From contig NMRA01000001.1 in assembly GCA_002633005.1 (NCBI GenBank), forward strand, positions 2,959,695 through 3,023,694: a stretch of DNA of 64,000 nt. The letters run 5' to 3'. The notes under the pieces are model-generated. The model saw only the letters and a list, made by a program, of their open reading frames with translations. It was not told the DNA's origin and ran no database searches. This document shows positions 40,244 through 53,509 of the stretch, one piece after another (the stretch's first letter is position 1; every line of letters begins with the position of its first letter). A program made the position numbers and the translations under genes. The DNA comes from Phoronis australis (Eukaryota > Animalia > Phoronida).

Positions 40244-40473
40244 AAATTAGACTCTTATGTTTTGTAAAAACTAAAGTCCGGTGTCAGCCAACTTCACAGG
40301 CCATTCTGTGAAGCACCCCTGAAACTTCGAAAAATCAAACTTAATTTTTTATTTCAAATTAGACGCTTATGTCTCATAAAAGCTAAAGTCTGGTGCCAGC
40401 CAACTTCACATGTCATTCTGTGGGGCACCACCAAAAATTTGAAAAATCCGACTTATTGTTTTATTTCAAATTA
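40244..40473. repeat. ~112-bp diverged tandem duplication
   Basis: AAATTAGAC.CTTATGT...CTAAAGTC.GGTG.CAGCCAACTTCACA...TTTATTTCAAATTA twice. Confidence 0.8.
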
Positions 40474-42043
40474 TTTTGTTAAACCTGTGTTTTGTGTGAT
40501 GTCATCACTTGAGAATGATAAGTTTCTTTGTGTAAAATTGGTTCAGTACTCTAACATGATGTATTTCGCTAAATCAAAGTGGGAAGACTACCTTTGAATC
40601 AAACCACTTGTTGACTGCCCACGCAGCTTATTCAACAATTCTGCCAGAAGACCAATGGGTCCCGTAATTATGTAACACCTGAGCCAAAAGTGTCAATATT
40701 CTACCTCCCACTTCACGTGATCCTGACAAGAAGCTCGAAACACGAAGGGGCCCGGCCTCGGGGTTTATCCTACGTCGGTGTTTTCAACTCGAGCTCTCGA
40801 ACGCTCCACTTGGGAAAATTTGCACTGATCAAGAGGTGTCTATGTCACTGCACAGTTACCAACGGTGCACATTTCGCCGTGACTTGTCATAGTTCGATGA
40901 ATCTCTCTTTCCCGAAGGTAACCAAAGTACGACGCAATGGGGCCTCATACAGCGGGTCCGCCTGATGGCAACCGAAGAGCTCTTCACTTTTGAGGCCATA
41001 ATCGGTACTGAATTTCTTGCTTAGTATATCATTTTTGTAAAAATACGTCACTTGAAGTATTGATAAGCTGTCACTGCATTATGGACATCCGGGAGAAAAT
41101 ACCATGAGGAGCAGAGGTTTGGATCACATCTGGCTCTACCTGAGTGGTTCTCGGGGTCCACGCTTTTTAAGAGATACCCCCGGCCATGAAGTACCAAGAG
41201 AATCAGAAAAGTTTCCCTTGGGCGGGACAATAGATGTCAGCGTGATTCAGCCATTCTATTCACTGAACAACCATTAGGTGTGTTCGCTTTATACACAAAG
41301 AATCGTTGCATAATCAGACCGGAGTGTTATAAACCAGTTTGTTGAAGGTCTCGTATTCCGCACCAGCTACTGTTCACGTGTGTGCGTGTGTGTGAGAGAG
41401 GGTCGTGGGAATCGTCTATTTTGGATCTCGAGGAACATGTAAGTTGCTTCTGACAAAATATGTTATGTTGAAAAAGTATGTCGAACGAACGCAGTAAAAT
41501 GTCATTTATATTGACCTGACTACAGTAACGACGCAAAGCTACACTGTCCTTCCACCGTAAAATTTGTTTTGGCGAGTTCAATGTCCTTGAACCCTACAGA
41601 TCGACTTCGATTAGCTCATAGATACTCGATATCTATAGTCTATGATCAGCAGAAATGAGGATGTGATGGGTTCGCCATAGAGAGTCTTTGATCATCTGGC
41701 TGCCTCTTGTATACTGTTTTTACCAGCACCACTAGAGAATGTGCTCCGAATGTCGGGTACCTGAAAAGATTCCTCACATTGTATGTTGCATCTGCTGAGA
41801 AAATTCGTGATGTAAGAGATACACACGTGAACTAAGTTTCCTTCGCTTCGTTTAAACGAGCGATTATCCTATTCAGTATTCGTTCCATAAATCTTTACGC
41901 TACATTAATTTTAGTTAAAACCATGTATAGAGTAAAGTTTTGATGAATAAAGAGATAATTAAAGATACCGACATGCATAGGTTGATAGTGAAATGAATGT
42001 ATGGATGGAGAGATACATGTAGACTTTAGATTCATACCTAATA

Positions 42044-42455
42044 CCGTGAATTTCCGAAAATGGGCCCATGGGCGGATATTCGGATAACCACCTTTCAAAA
42101 ACGTCAAACGAATCCCAATATACACCAGCGTATTTTTGGAAGGGGGTGTTTGTATTTTCGGAAAATATGTCATTAAAGCTGTCCTTCATACTGTTGTAAC
42201 ACAGTTAGTTACCAACAACGTCACCCAATATTTCAAATGATATTAACTTGAGTGAAATCGGGACCCAAAAATATAATGCCTTGGCAAAATAAACGAAACC
42301 TTACATCAAAATATATTACATAGATATTTTAGAACAATCATATTTACAAAACAAGCAGTCACCGATAATACGCCGATGGGCGTACTTTTGGAAGGTTTTC
42401 CGAAAATACGCTCATAGATATACTTTTGGGTGGGTCTACTTTCGGAAATTCCCGG
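42044..42455. mobile_element. Tc1/mariner-type MITE
   Basis: TA|CCGTGAATTTCCGAAAATGGGCCC ... GGGTCTACTTTCGGAAATTCCCGG; related CCGAA motifs at 25985-26390 and a lone TACCGTATTT end at ~37346. Confidence 0.65.
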
Positions 42456-45378
42456 CAGTGGGTAAAACTCGAGTGGGACGTGAAGGTGTGTACTACATAC
42501 ACACACCCACGTCTCTTTCGAGTTTACAACACGTTCCTACTGATCCCCGTATAACAAGAACACCCCTGCACCAACTCCAAGACAGAGTCTGCCTAAAAAC
42601 CCGTCTACTGGCCCCTATAAGCCATTAATGGGTGTTTTATGGCCACCACTTTCACAAATACGGTCAATTATGACCAACCGTCGTTTGCTGGACTGGTGAC
42701 TTGCGTGAATATAGCTGTAAAATCTCAGTTAATCCAATTAGTTGCCTCTCCGCTATTGCAAAAGATTATGGATTTTTATTGTTCATGCCCTGGGAACCTT
42801 TATGACATTTGAATATGAACGCACATTGTATTTTGACATTTTATGCGCCATTTGAAAAGATTTAATTCAATATTAGAGTTTAAGTAGCCTACGTTTGACG
42901 ACAACTGAATCATATGAAACATACAACTGGACTGTTTTCCAAAACGCTAATAGGCTTTGTTCTTAAAATGTCCCACACTTGCTATCAAAACAAGAACTTC
43001 TAGGATTTTCATGAAAAAAGTAAAGTTTAATAAAACGAAAAGAAAATGATGTTGTAGCCCATTGCCATAACATAGTGCCGTCGCGGATTCAACGTAATTG
43101 TTTATTCATACTCAAAGCCAAGCGAACATTCCTATGGGCTTTGTTCGCGACTTTATTCTTTCGTGATACACGTTGCGGTACTCTCATACAAGAGGTTATT
43201 TGAACAGTTACGCAATAGAATGGGCACACCTTCCATCCTAGGGGTTGTGTGCACTGTTCGGAGGAGCAAAGCATTTCCCAGATTTCGTCAACATCGAATA
43301 TACGGGCGTGTCGCTCAGATAGGTTAATTTTGACGTCAAGATTCTTCACGGAAGTGAAAGTTTTTCAATTAAATTTCTTACAAGAGGGTCTTCTTTATAT
43401 ATTAGAAACTGTACTGAAGGCCTCATAAGTTACAGCAGAATATTTTATAAATCTCTAACTTCTCGAGGGGACGGTATTCGGCTATGTATTTGACGGGAGT
43501 TTGTAATTGGGAAATAGTATATCCGCCCATTTAGAGAGTGGACTCGAAAAAAGAGACCCATTTATAAGAAGCTTGCTTCCATGAAGATCACCCTTTCATA
43601 GGACAGTTTTGCTCCAGCTCGGACCACTAATAGTTCGAGTCTCCAGAAACATCGTCCTTCCATAGGGGTTAATTCCACAGGGGATTCTTATCGACAGGTG
43701 CCTTTTTAACCCATTGGACTAAAACACTACAGGAAGAGCAGCCACGTTGTCAAAAACGAGGATGCCTTTTGCAACGAACGTTTTAAAAATAAATCGATAA
43801 CCCTTTCGTTGACTTTTATAGTTGGAAAGGGTAAACTTTGTTAAGTTTCGAAATCCCAAAGTGAACCTTTTTGTAAGGAATCTGAAACGGCACCCTTACG
43901 CGGGACACTGGTCGTGAAAAAGTTATCCGTCTGAGCTGCATGTCCCCTATCGGCCTACCGAGGCTGGCTAGTTAATTTTCCAGCGTCACATTACCGCCAA
44001 AAACAGCGGATTGTCTTCTCTCGATTCAAATCCTGTTGATCCCAGCAATAGTGCACAAACAATACATTGAACTCTTCTAAATAATAGATGGGCGCACCCC
44101 ATGATCTTTACACCGTCTGCTATTACATCGTGTTGGTCTAGATTTGACAACTGCTTTTCAACACTGACAATGGAGACAAAGACATAGTCTAGAGATAAGT
44201 AAAGCGCCCACAAAATGTCTTTCACGAATTTCAAGGTGTGTAAATGACATACCTCTAACTCTTCGTCTCGAGATTTCTACCCTCCTCTTACAGCACTGGC
44301 TGAAGAAAAACATCAGCACCCCAACAGTCCCTGACGACGAACTAGTAAGCCTGGATAGAATTCGCTTTCTGGGCTAATTCTCTAAACCATTATTGCATTG
44401 TTTCACATTCTTGGTACAATAATTAATTCAGAAAACAGACAAATACGGACAAGTGTTATGAATAATCCTTCAGGACCAGTCGTGAGTTCCGTAGAGAAAA
44501 TCTCGCGAAAACGCAAGACTTCGCAAGATATGCAATGCGAAGCATATGATCACTGTAGCTTCATAGCGAGATTTGCGCTTATTCAAACTCTACACAACTG
44601 TTTTCTGCAAAACGTTCCGTTAAAATCCTACTTCAAACCCAGTTACCACACTTATAACGCAGGAGTAAAATGAAAACCCGTCAAGGATTGTGCCTTCTGA
44701 ATCTCCACCTCACAAAAATTTTTGCAGAAATGTAACAGAATTCCAGATATTTTCAGATTTTTATGACGCTTTATCTTCTACTGAATGTTTACTAGTCTCT
44801 TTTAAAGTACAGTTTTATTTTAGCATTCGACTGGTCTCCTCAACTTAAAAAACTCGTGTAATCGTTGAATAGCAGATTTGGTGAAGAAGCCGTTTGATAA
44901 TTAGTCTTTAGCCTTGCTTAGTTAATTCCGTCAATGTCTACACTTCCGGGGATTCAAATTTTCTTTTTTAAGAAGGATTTCCTCTTTTTTGGTTTGTATT
45001 TCCTCTTATTTGATTTCCAATTTCTTCCTTTTTCATCTCTTTATATCACCATTTTCACTTTATTCATGCAAAAAATATTTCTTGCTGTTAAATTTCACAA
45101 CACAGAAAACATCTCTATCACATAAGCTTGTCTATTTGTAAAATGATATATCACCCGTCATATTTCCTCTTTTTTGTCATTGGTCATTCAATGCCCTGAC
45201 TTCTTATTTCGGAAGTTATGGCAGAAAAATAGCACGTGGATTCATATTGCCCTCCCCCTCCTTGCACAATGTCGACATCGCTTTATGTACCCCCAGAGCA
45301 GGGACGATACCTGGACGTATACTGAATAAATTGCCGAGATTACAATCTGAGAGGATACAGTACCCATCCGTGCCTGTT

Positions 45379-45514
45379 TATAAATAAGTATATATAAGTA
45401 GCGTCTCTACCAACGCTACCTTGAGAAAAAGTTCACCATCCAATGACATCCCGTTATTCGTACGATCATCATTTAGTCTGACGTCACTGGTTTTGTGAAT
45501 TGGCGATACGTTGT
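45379..45514 (+). promoter_or_regulatory. Candidate TATA promoter and UTR exon of the membrane protein gene
   Basis: TATAAA at 45379 and TATATATAA at 45389, CRE palindrome TGACGTCA at 45479-45486, possible donor TT|GTAAGG at 45513. Confidence 0.35.
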
Positions 45515-45637
45515 AAGGTTTGCCACCGTTGGTAATGCCTAAGACATATTACTCCCAGGTAATGCCTATGAAAAATATTTGTTGTGCGATTTACCGTCAA
45601 GCACTAATGACCGGCAAGTTATCGGTTGAACAATAAG

Positions 45638-45815
45638 CAGGGTTCTCCACGACCAGTTTTAACAGGTTCCTTCAACAGGTTTGCCGAAGCTACCGTCAGG
45701 TTTGGATAACCTGCAACATACGGGCTTTGTGTTTGCTCATAAAGAATGACTGCCATGTCTAATCCAGTTACGTCTTTCCCACAGGTTTGGATTTTTTAAG
45801 TTGTGGAGAACACTG
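45638..45815. mobile_element. hAT-like MITE
   Basis: TIRs CAGGGTTCTCCACGAC / GTTGTGGAGAACACTG; repeated CAGGTT subterminal motifs; TSD degenerate. Confidence 0.7.
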
Positions 45816-46301
45816 AGTAATGTATGTGTCTACACGCAAACATTAGTAGCTGACTGGCCCTCAAACCATCGTGGGCGGACATCTTCTTTGAACTTGTGAC
45901 TTGAGGAAAACTTACTTCAAAATAACAAAGTCCATAGAAAAATGATGTATTTGTGCTCCCCGTCCGTTAAACATTTCGTCTGAAAGTTATTGTGACAGTT
46001 GGTTTATGTTTGTACTGTGATACTACACTAACTACAGTACTGACGTGCAAAATCGGGTTTCCTTACGTCGCTCTTAAGTTACAGCTAAACCAACGGAATG
46101 CTGCTGTCACGGTTTTGCATGAATGAATCTATTCAAACGCTTTCAAAAAATCGTGCATGTTGGTTTGAGAACTGTACTTGAAAATGGATTTGAGAGGATT
46201 CATTTGGTGTTTTTAATTTAAGGAAAGGGAAACCACTTTATACTTAGATTTCATCAGCTCGTCATCGTTGTATATATCTATTTCAGATTTGGCAACTCGA
46301 C

Positions 46302-46413
46302 ATGGCGGAACCGAGACATAGCGGCGTTCTCATATTCCTGTACATTTTCGCCTTCTTAGCCTTTGCCGCGAACATCATTCTCAACTTCCTTCACTGGTTT
46401 GGAATTGGACAAG
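46302..46413 (+). CDS. Membrane protein coding exon 1
   Basis: Good Kozak context GACATGGCG, hydrophobic N-terminal helix, strong donor; acceptor TTTCAG| at 46286 implies an upstream UTR exon. Confidence 0.82.
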
Positions 46414-49390
46414 GTAAGACCACGAAAATCAGTAGCAATCCGTAAACGCCTATTTTGGTTAGAACTGAATGACATTGATCCTGGAGAAACTGTTTCAGTG
46501 AAAACACAAGAACACAAAATACATGCCCCTAATTTATGCCCCTAATTTATGAAATGTTCATATTTGATAGCGCCATATCTTTAGATTGATGGTTGATAGG
46601 TTCTCAACTAGTGAAAATAAAGAAGAGAGAGTAAAAGATTTTGGTGAAACACTGAGTAGGGTAAAACATGTAATTTACCAAAAGTTTCTATTTAAAGAGA
46701 CATTGAATGCGAAAGCTCGTCAGAAATATCTTTTGAATAATTCCTGACGAAAGTACCATCTCGCAACGTCTAGTACAGAGGATTTCACTTTCCCATGTGA
46801 GGAAATTTCCAGAAAAAAATACAAATTTTACGGTTTTTGAAATACGTGTGCGAAGGAAAAACTCAAACAAAATGCTTTGATATCAACAGAAATTTAAAAA
46901 AAAGAAACACGTAAAAACCCTAAAAATACCTAGTAAGCAGGTTGAATTCTGTTTTAGTGGCAGAGAGACACTTTCATTATTGCAATTTAGTCTGTTTATC
47001 TTGTTCCAAGCCTACTTAACTAAATGATATCTTTCGACTGAAGAGACTCCTTCTAGGTACGTAGCTAGCGAAGACACATCAGAGAGCATTTTTGTGTCAA
47101 TTGAAGTATAAGCAATTTCATTTGGCAAGAAGCAAATTTTCTTAATACATATTGTTAAAATGTTGTTGTTATTTTGAATTATTGCTGCATTGATAATTTT
47201 GCATTCTTGTAAACGACAGATAATTCAGCTACTCGTCAACTTCTCATAGATTGACCTTTCTGTGAATGTCAGCTACAGGGTATAAATGTGAAGCCACGGC
47301 GTGCATGGGTCATAATATATTGGCAGCACTTTTCTTTTTCTAGCTACAATGTTGAGAAATGTCTGCCATTTTTATATCGGTCTTTCAGAAATACTTGGAT
47401 AAACTGCGAAATGACTGTGTTCATACAAAATAAAAGCTACTTAAAGCTTCAATTCCTTTCCATTCACTGCATAAAATCGAGAAATATGATAATTTCTGAT
47501 AAGCGAGTCTTCCAAAATGGTCTCGATAATGCCCATGCTACAAGAGCAGTTTGATTGAAAGCGATTGAACTGAAGCAGTCAAATTCTCCAGCCTACAATT
47601 TTCTCAAGCCTTTTTAGCTCATTATTGTTTTGGGTGCTCGTCATGGCAACAACAATAGCGTCCTGTTGCGGAAAGAGCATTTCGAGGCTGGTTTTGTAGG
47701 GGTAGGTGGCTTAATTTTTGTTTTTTCGACTGCTGAACAGAAAGCAATGCACTCTCAATGCTTCGGTCACATATCGGACGGTGCTCGGCCGATGTTGCCA
47801 ATAGAATGATCAAACTTCTGGAAACTGAAATGAACTATATGGCTGAATGAGATAAAAGAATTCCAATAGGCTGAGTTTGTTATCATAAAAACGTTAAAAA
47901 TTATCGATTGTATAAATTTAACGTACTGGCCTCGAATGAAATCTGACTTGATCGTGACTGCCGATGGGAACGACGAACCCAAAAATATGAAGGGCGGACG
48001 ACAAATGAGATGCGGACCGACCTTCACATGGGAAGGAAAGACACTGAAAAATGCGAAGAGCGGTCGAGATATGAGAAGGAAAGGTTTGGATGGGAAGGAT
48101 AGACCATATCTTCATTTTGTGTTCCGTGCTCCTGAATGTCAGTGTCGAGTAGCGTGTCGGAAGCTAAAACTTTATATGCCATTATGACTTACACGTACTA
48201 CAGCTGAAACCACAAGTCATATAAAAAATTATCACATTAAATTTTACGCATGGTCCATTCCTCACTCGACACTGTGGTTGTAGTGTAGCAGACTATGTCA
48301 TCTTCAAAACTTGTAATCACTAATTAATCAGTGACACTCATAATAACCTTGACCTTATAACTTCTTTCCCGTTCTTCGCATGCGTTTGGTGCTCATCATC
48401 GGCAGTCCGTGCTTAACATTAGATGATGAAGCCTTGTAGTGATTAGAAGGAAGGTTGGTCTCACTGAATTTGGGCAGCAAAATGTACGTGCATCAATCAC
48501 GGAATAGCGTGGAAATCGTACATTGTGTATTTTTCTCCATTTCAGGTGAAATATTCTCGAATTACACCTCGGTGATGAGAAGCGATTACCAAGTAGACTT
48601 CAAATTGGACGTGGATTGGTCATTTTCGATCATGTGTGTCGCGTACTGCTATCAACTGCAGTGGCTAATTCTGACGGCTCCTTTCAACTTCTGCAGAATT
48701 ACCCCAGACGGCAGTAGCTATGTGTACGTTAACCCAGGCCTTCTTTCGCCAGCATTCTACATCTTTTTCATCTTGGCGTGTGGCTGCGACATTGCTTTGC
48801 TCTTCCTCTGGGATCGGGGATTCTTCGATTACTCGCTCATCCCGAACGGAATGAGTGCGTTCTTCCTCTACCTTTGCATCGGAATTTTGTGCGCGAGAAT
48901 TCAAAAGAAAGGCAAGTGGATGGTGAAAGGAGGCATGGCCAGTCATATCTGGATAGCCAGACTTGTCCTCCAAAACGCCATCGGCTTTTGGGCCGCCTGG
49001 GCGTCAATTCGCACGCTCAACCAGCTGGCTATTCTTCTGGTCCATCGTTTCGGCCTCGACAGTGAGCTTTCGGGTACTATCGCTCTGGCAAGCCTGGGTT
49101 TCGAGATCATCATCTATTTCTTACTCGATGCTACTGTCCTAGACCGCTTCACGCGTCACATGTACACGCCGTACATAGCGCCAATCCTCGTCCTCACCGG
49201 CATGATAGTCACGTCCTTCGAGCCATTCTATCGCAACACGATAATAACTGTTATTCTCCTCAGCGGTGTCGGGTGTCTCTTCCTCGGCAAGATTATGCTC
49301 TCTTTCTGGCGTTGTTGCGTTTTCCCACTCTTTCCATCCTGCGGCAAGTACGACCCGGAACCCAGTGACAAGATTAGCAACAATGATTAG
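46302..49390 (+). CDS. Uncharacterised multi-pass membrane protein, 318 aa (resembles the zebrafish si:ch211-161h7.5 / si:dkey-29d8.3-type family)
   Basis: Exon 46302-46413 (MAEPRHSGVLIFLYIFAFLAFAANIILNFLHWFGIGQG, donor AAG|GTAAG, phase 1) joins in frame to exon 48546-49390 (acceptor TTTCTCCATTTCAG|). About 8 hydrophobic segments; motifs FYIFF..LFLWDR, RLVLQNAIGFWAAW, LDRFTRHMYTPY. Family assignment is from recalled motifs, not a search. Confidence 0.85.
48546..49390 (+). CDS. Membrane protein coding exon 2
   Basis: Longest clean ORF in the window (48455-49390), GC-elevated, starting after a polypyrimidine tract and AG at 48545. Confidence 0.9.
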
Positions 49391-51608
49391 TGCACCACTG
49401 GCTTATGTGACTTTAGAAATGAGAATAAAAATTACAGTGCATCGTGTTATTCCGCACAGGTTTGTTCATAACGCAAAATAACAAAAGCCCTTCTAGTTAT
49501 ATACAGTGTATGAAACATGGAACACTTGAAAAAGGATAACGAGTGAAGGAAGCAATCATAATGCAGTTAAAGATTCTCGTCTTTTGTTGAGATCTGTTTA
49601 TTTGATATTTGGTTCCAAACGAACATACTAGCTATAAACCACAGCGACTATTTCAATTGAACTCTTCGATAACTCCTTGCTAATCGTTATCCATTTGTGT
49701 TCCCTGTCCTGCATGCTGCCGAAGAGCCAAGTTTGCAGTTTGCGTTGTAACGTTTTGTTATTTACATTCAAACTGCGTCGCTTGCTACCTACGGAAATTA
49801 GTAGGATGCCCGACTATTATATTGCGAGACCACGTTCCATTCGAGATCAGGAATTTAAATCTTCACGAAGGTTATGAAGCACTGTGCGATGATTATTACA
49901 CTAATATTGCGTAGACAATATTGCGTTTGATATTGATACAGAAAACCAGCTTCCTGATATTCCTTAATTAAAATTCTTGTCGACTGGTTGGACAGCAGTT
50001 GAGCACAGTTTATGCCACAGTACTTAAACCTGACTTTATGTGCGCAGAACTCAGCCGTCATTTACGTATAGCAACTTAATGTTGCGTTTGTATCAAATAC
50101 GTTATTGTGCTTTACCGTTTTCGTTTCTTGCCATTGGGCTTTGCACCTGCAGACAAAAACGCAGCGGACAGTAATTGATGTTTCGACAATGCAGAGAGTT
50201 TTAATTTGCAAAAAAGTGACAATATTGCCAAGGTGTACTAATTAACGTTTTGTTTATTTGAAAGTACTTCAGAGCCACAAAACAACAAAATGTGTTGTTT
50301 TTGTGATTTTTACTACAAATTGCCAATTTTCTCCGCTGTCCGTTAGACATTCGCTGAAATCAAGACCGATGACCGTTTAAATACACTTCAACTCTAGTCA
50401 TTGTAACTGCGGGATTAGCCGGATTCGATTCCAAGCTGGGGCCGATTTCTGAGAATCACTTTTCTCGCCGACATTGTCCCCTTAAACGAATACGAGGGAT
50501 TTTTCCACGTGGTATAGGCAAATAGGTTACTTATGTGTTATCAAATATGTATATAAAGTCGTGAATGATAAGTGTTTTTTTTTTGTTATTTTGATGAATT
50601 GTGTAAAGTTAAGTTAACCGGGTTACGTAGGACCTTACCGTTAAGCATGACTGTATTTAGCCAACTATGAACAACACTATAGAGTTCAACTAAGTAGAAT
50701 TGTATATTTCCTGAAAATAGGAAGACTGTAAAGTTTGCAATGAATATAAGTACATGTATCACAGCACCTACTGCCGCAAAATAAAAACAGATCTACAGAG
50801 ACAATGACTTTATTTGTCAATGCAATAGATAAAAAAAGTTCTGAGATAGTACAACACCGTATTTACGCAGTCGCCATTTTAAAACTGGGAATCTTTTTAG
50901 GTTTTAAAAACAATACATTCTGTGCGATCGCAAACGCAAAGCGTGATTTTTTTTGCGTGCCTCGTTGTATTCATGTCTCAAATGCATTGTTTTTTAAACC
51001 AAAAAGAGGCTCACTACTAAGACGTCGACTGCGTGAAAAAGGTCTACTCCCCCAAAAACTTTCTCTTACTTTTCTAACTGATGGCAGTGGAGAGTTCCGA
51101 CGAATGCAATCAAGCCACGCCCTCTATCAGATACTGATGCGGGGGTCAAACAAGAGCAAAGCCATGGCTGAAATCCATTGCAAGAGCACAACTGCATCAG
51201 ATTTTCTTCTTTGAGTTTTGATTTTTTCACTAAATCTATTGCTTTTAACAGTCGCATTATCAAAATGAGTCCCGAAGAAGCAAACGAACAGTTGCACGCA
51301 TGGGTATTTCCACATCTCCAAGCCTTTGAGTCCACTTATAGATTTATTCACAGTTAGATCACTAACCTGGGCTACGTTGCCAATACACGAGAACCTTGCG
51401 AAACTGAACCCAAGACTTCCCGAGATATGTAAGGGCTTAGCCGGTTACCTATGGTAACTAGTAAAATTTAATTATAATTGAAACCTGTCACATCAACTAA
51501 TCTCTCTTTTTGGCTTATTCTAATCGAGTGTACTATATTTACGTTGTTTACTAAAACCATAATAACTGCTCTATTTTGCTCGCCTTTGTGTGGGTAACCC
51601 GAGGTAAA

Positions 51609-51735
51609 GTTCAGTAACGCTAGGATCTCGCCGAAAAGCAAGACTTCGTATGATTACGTGAGATATTGCCGCGAATTTTAAATGAGAACATGTAATTTTG
51701 ACTAGATTTTTCTAGTCGCGAGACCGCTATTGAAC
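51609..51735. mobile_element. ~150-bp MITE, family copy 2
   Basis: GTTCAGTAACGCTAGGA...GATTACGTGAGATATTGCC...TTTTAAATGAGAACA is the reverse complement of the 5796 element. Confidence 0.7.
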
Positions 51736-51756
51736 TTTAACCTGCATCAAGTTATG

Positions 51757-53110
51757 ACAACCTTGGATATTCTTAATCCTGGAATATTTAAGGAGGTACT
51801 AATATACAAACAAGTGATATGGAATAACTGCAACTTAACTGTTGAAGGTAAATCATTATTTTACCAAAATCTGTACAACGCAGGCTTAATATTTTGTAAT
51901 GATTTTTAGACAGCCGGCAGAACAAACTTAAATGGGAAAGCATTAAGAAAAACTATAACTTGAAGGACACATCTGTCTTACCTTTTTCTTTCATTACAAC
52001 GACCTTGAAGAAAGTTCTGGGTGGGGAAGATAGAAGGATTGTTAGTTGTAACAACATTAATTTTTTATTGATCAATAGTTCCAATTCATGGATTAAAAAC
52101 GTATTTATTCACAAGTTTTCTGAGAAACCAGATAATTATGCGTCTTTACTCATTTACTACACAGACAACAAAATTAAAGAAATATATAATCTCCCATTCA
52201 ATCTACCCATAAACCCTCATTTGACAATGTTTAAATACCTTTTCATCCACAAAAGAATTTATACAAATAAGATGTTAAAAATATTTGGTTTTTCACAAAC
52301 TGACCAATGTCCCTACTCTGACGAGGTCCGACTTTCCAGCATATGTTTCACAGCTGTTGCTGTGTTAAACGTTTCTGGAATTCTTTACATCATTTCATAA
52401 GTAAAGTTTTTCACTTACACGCTGAACCATTCAATGGCATGTGCCACTTTTTAGTTTGTTTCATTGGCAATCTAAGCGAAATCTTCAATACCATATATAC
52501 ACTCATGCTCAACATTATATTTATACATCATCGAGAGATGGGTCTCAACCTTGTCTTAATAAGTTCAAATTTATACTTTTTGACGCAGTGAATCTTATTA
52601 TTTTTAACGCCTCGGATAAAACTTCAGAACAGTGGAGGGTTTTGCAGGCATCTCTTTAAAATGATTCAAACAATATTACTTTTATAACCACTTCTGTGTT
52701 GTATTATAAGACAACTTACTTTTTCATAATATACACCTATGCAAATGTAAATATATATTAAGTTAAATAAACCGAGTGAATGTGAGTGTGAATGTGTGTA
52801 TGAAAGCCCCCCCCCCCCNNNNNNNNNNNNNNNNNNNNNNNNNNNNNNNNNNNNNNNNNNNNNNNNNNNNNNNNNNNNNNNNNNNNNNNNGTGTGTATGA
52901 AAGCCCCCCCTCCCCCTTCCCCCCTCCCCCTTCCCCCCCCCCTTTTTATAATAATCTTTTACTAATTATCCGCCCAATCATTATTTTATTCGTTATTTTC
53001 GAAATACTTATTTTTCCTGTATATATGACGTATTGTTCTTTAGTAAGTTGTAAAGATATGTATTTCGTACTGATATGCTTTCTGGGTTAATAAACGTATT
53101 ATTCATAAAA
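51757..53110 (+). mobile_element. 5'-truncated, decayed L1/Tx1-clade LINE (ORF2 C-terminus, 3' UTR, poly-A)
   Basis: Frameshifted ORF2 remnants QVIWNNCNLTVEGKSLFYQNLYNAG and IYNLPF...HKRIYTNKMLKIFG...C...HMFHSCCCVKRFW (Zn-knuckle-type C-terminus); AATAAA near 53089, short A tail, flanking duplication AAGTTATG at 51749-51756 and 53111-53118. Confidence 0.8.
52819..52890. other. Assembly gap (72 N) with duplicated flanks
   Basis: GTGTGTATGAAAGCCCCCCC appears on both sides of the gap, at a poly-C tract. Confidence 0.95.
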
Positions 53111-53509
53111 AAGTTATGGGTAGTTCATTTGAGGACGACATATTGCAGCTGGACTGAGCTACTCGTCTTCGCTGGTCTTACTGTAGTCACATGGTTACAG
53201 TGAACGGATTTGTTTTTGTCATCTGATGTGACGTCACACTAAGGAGTAACCTACTCGCACGCCGGCCGGGGGCCATTTTTCGATTTAGCAATTTTTGGTT
53301 TGGCCAACTTCAATAAAATCTGAAGTTTTCTTCAATCACTGATGGTTTCGATGGTATTGTTGGGAACGGATATATAATAATATCATGGAAAGAAATATTA
53401 TGACCGATTTCATGAGAGCAAAAGACATAATACGATTTTCGCCTTTAGCCACATGAATATGGGAAATAAAGCTTTAAGTTTTGTTGAATGAATCAAAGGA
53501 ACAATTACA

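Noticed and set aside
44312-44331. REST/NRSE-like motif TCAGCACCCCAACAG
   Set aside because: The right half-site lacks GGACAG and the spacing is off.
48455-48545. N-terminal extension of the 311-aa ORF
   Set aside because: It lies upstream of a strong splice acceptor; the in-phase exon at 46302-46413 supplies a better N-terminus.
48665-49065. Overlapping ORFs of 102 and 95 aa
   Set aside because: Antisense and alternate-frame shadows of the membrane protein exon.
51960-52659. ORFs of 146, 82 and 72 aa as host genes
   Set aside because: Frameshifted fragments of the decayed LINE ORF2.
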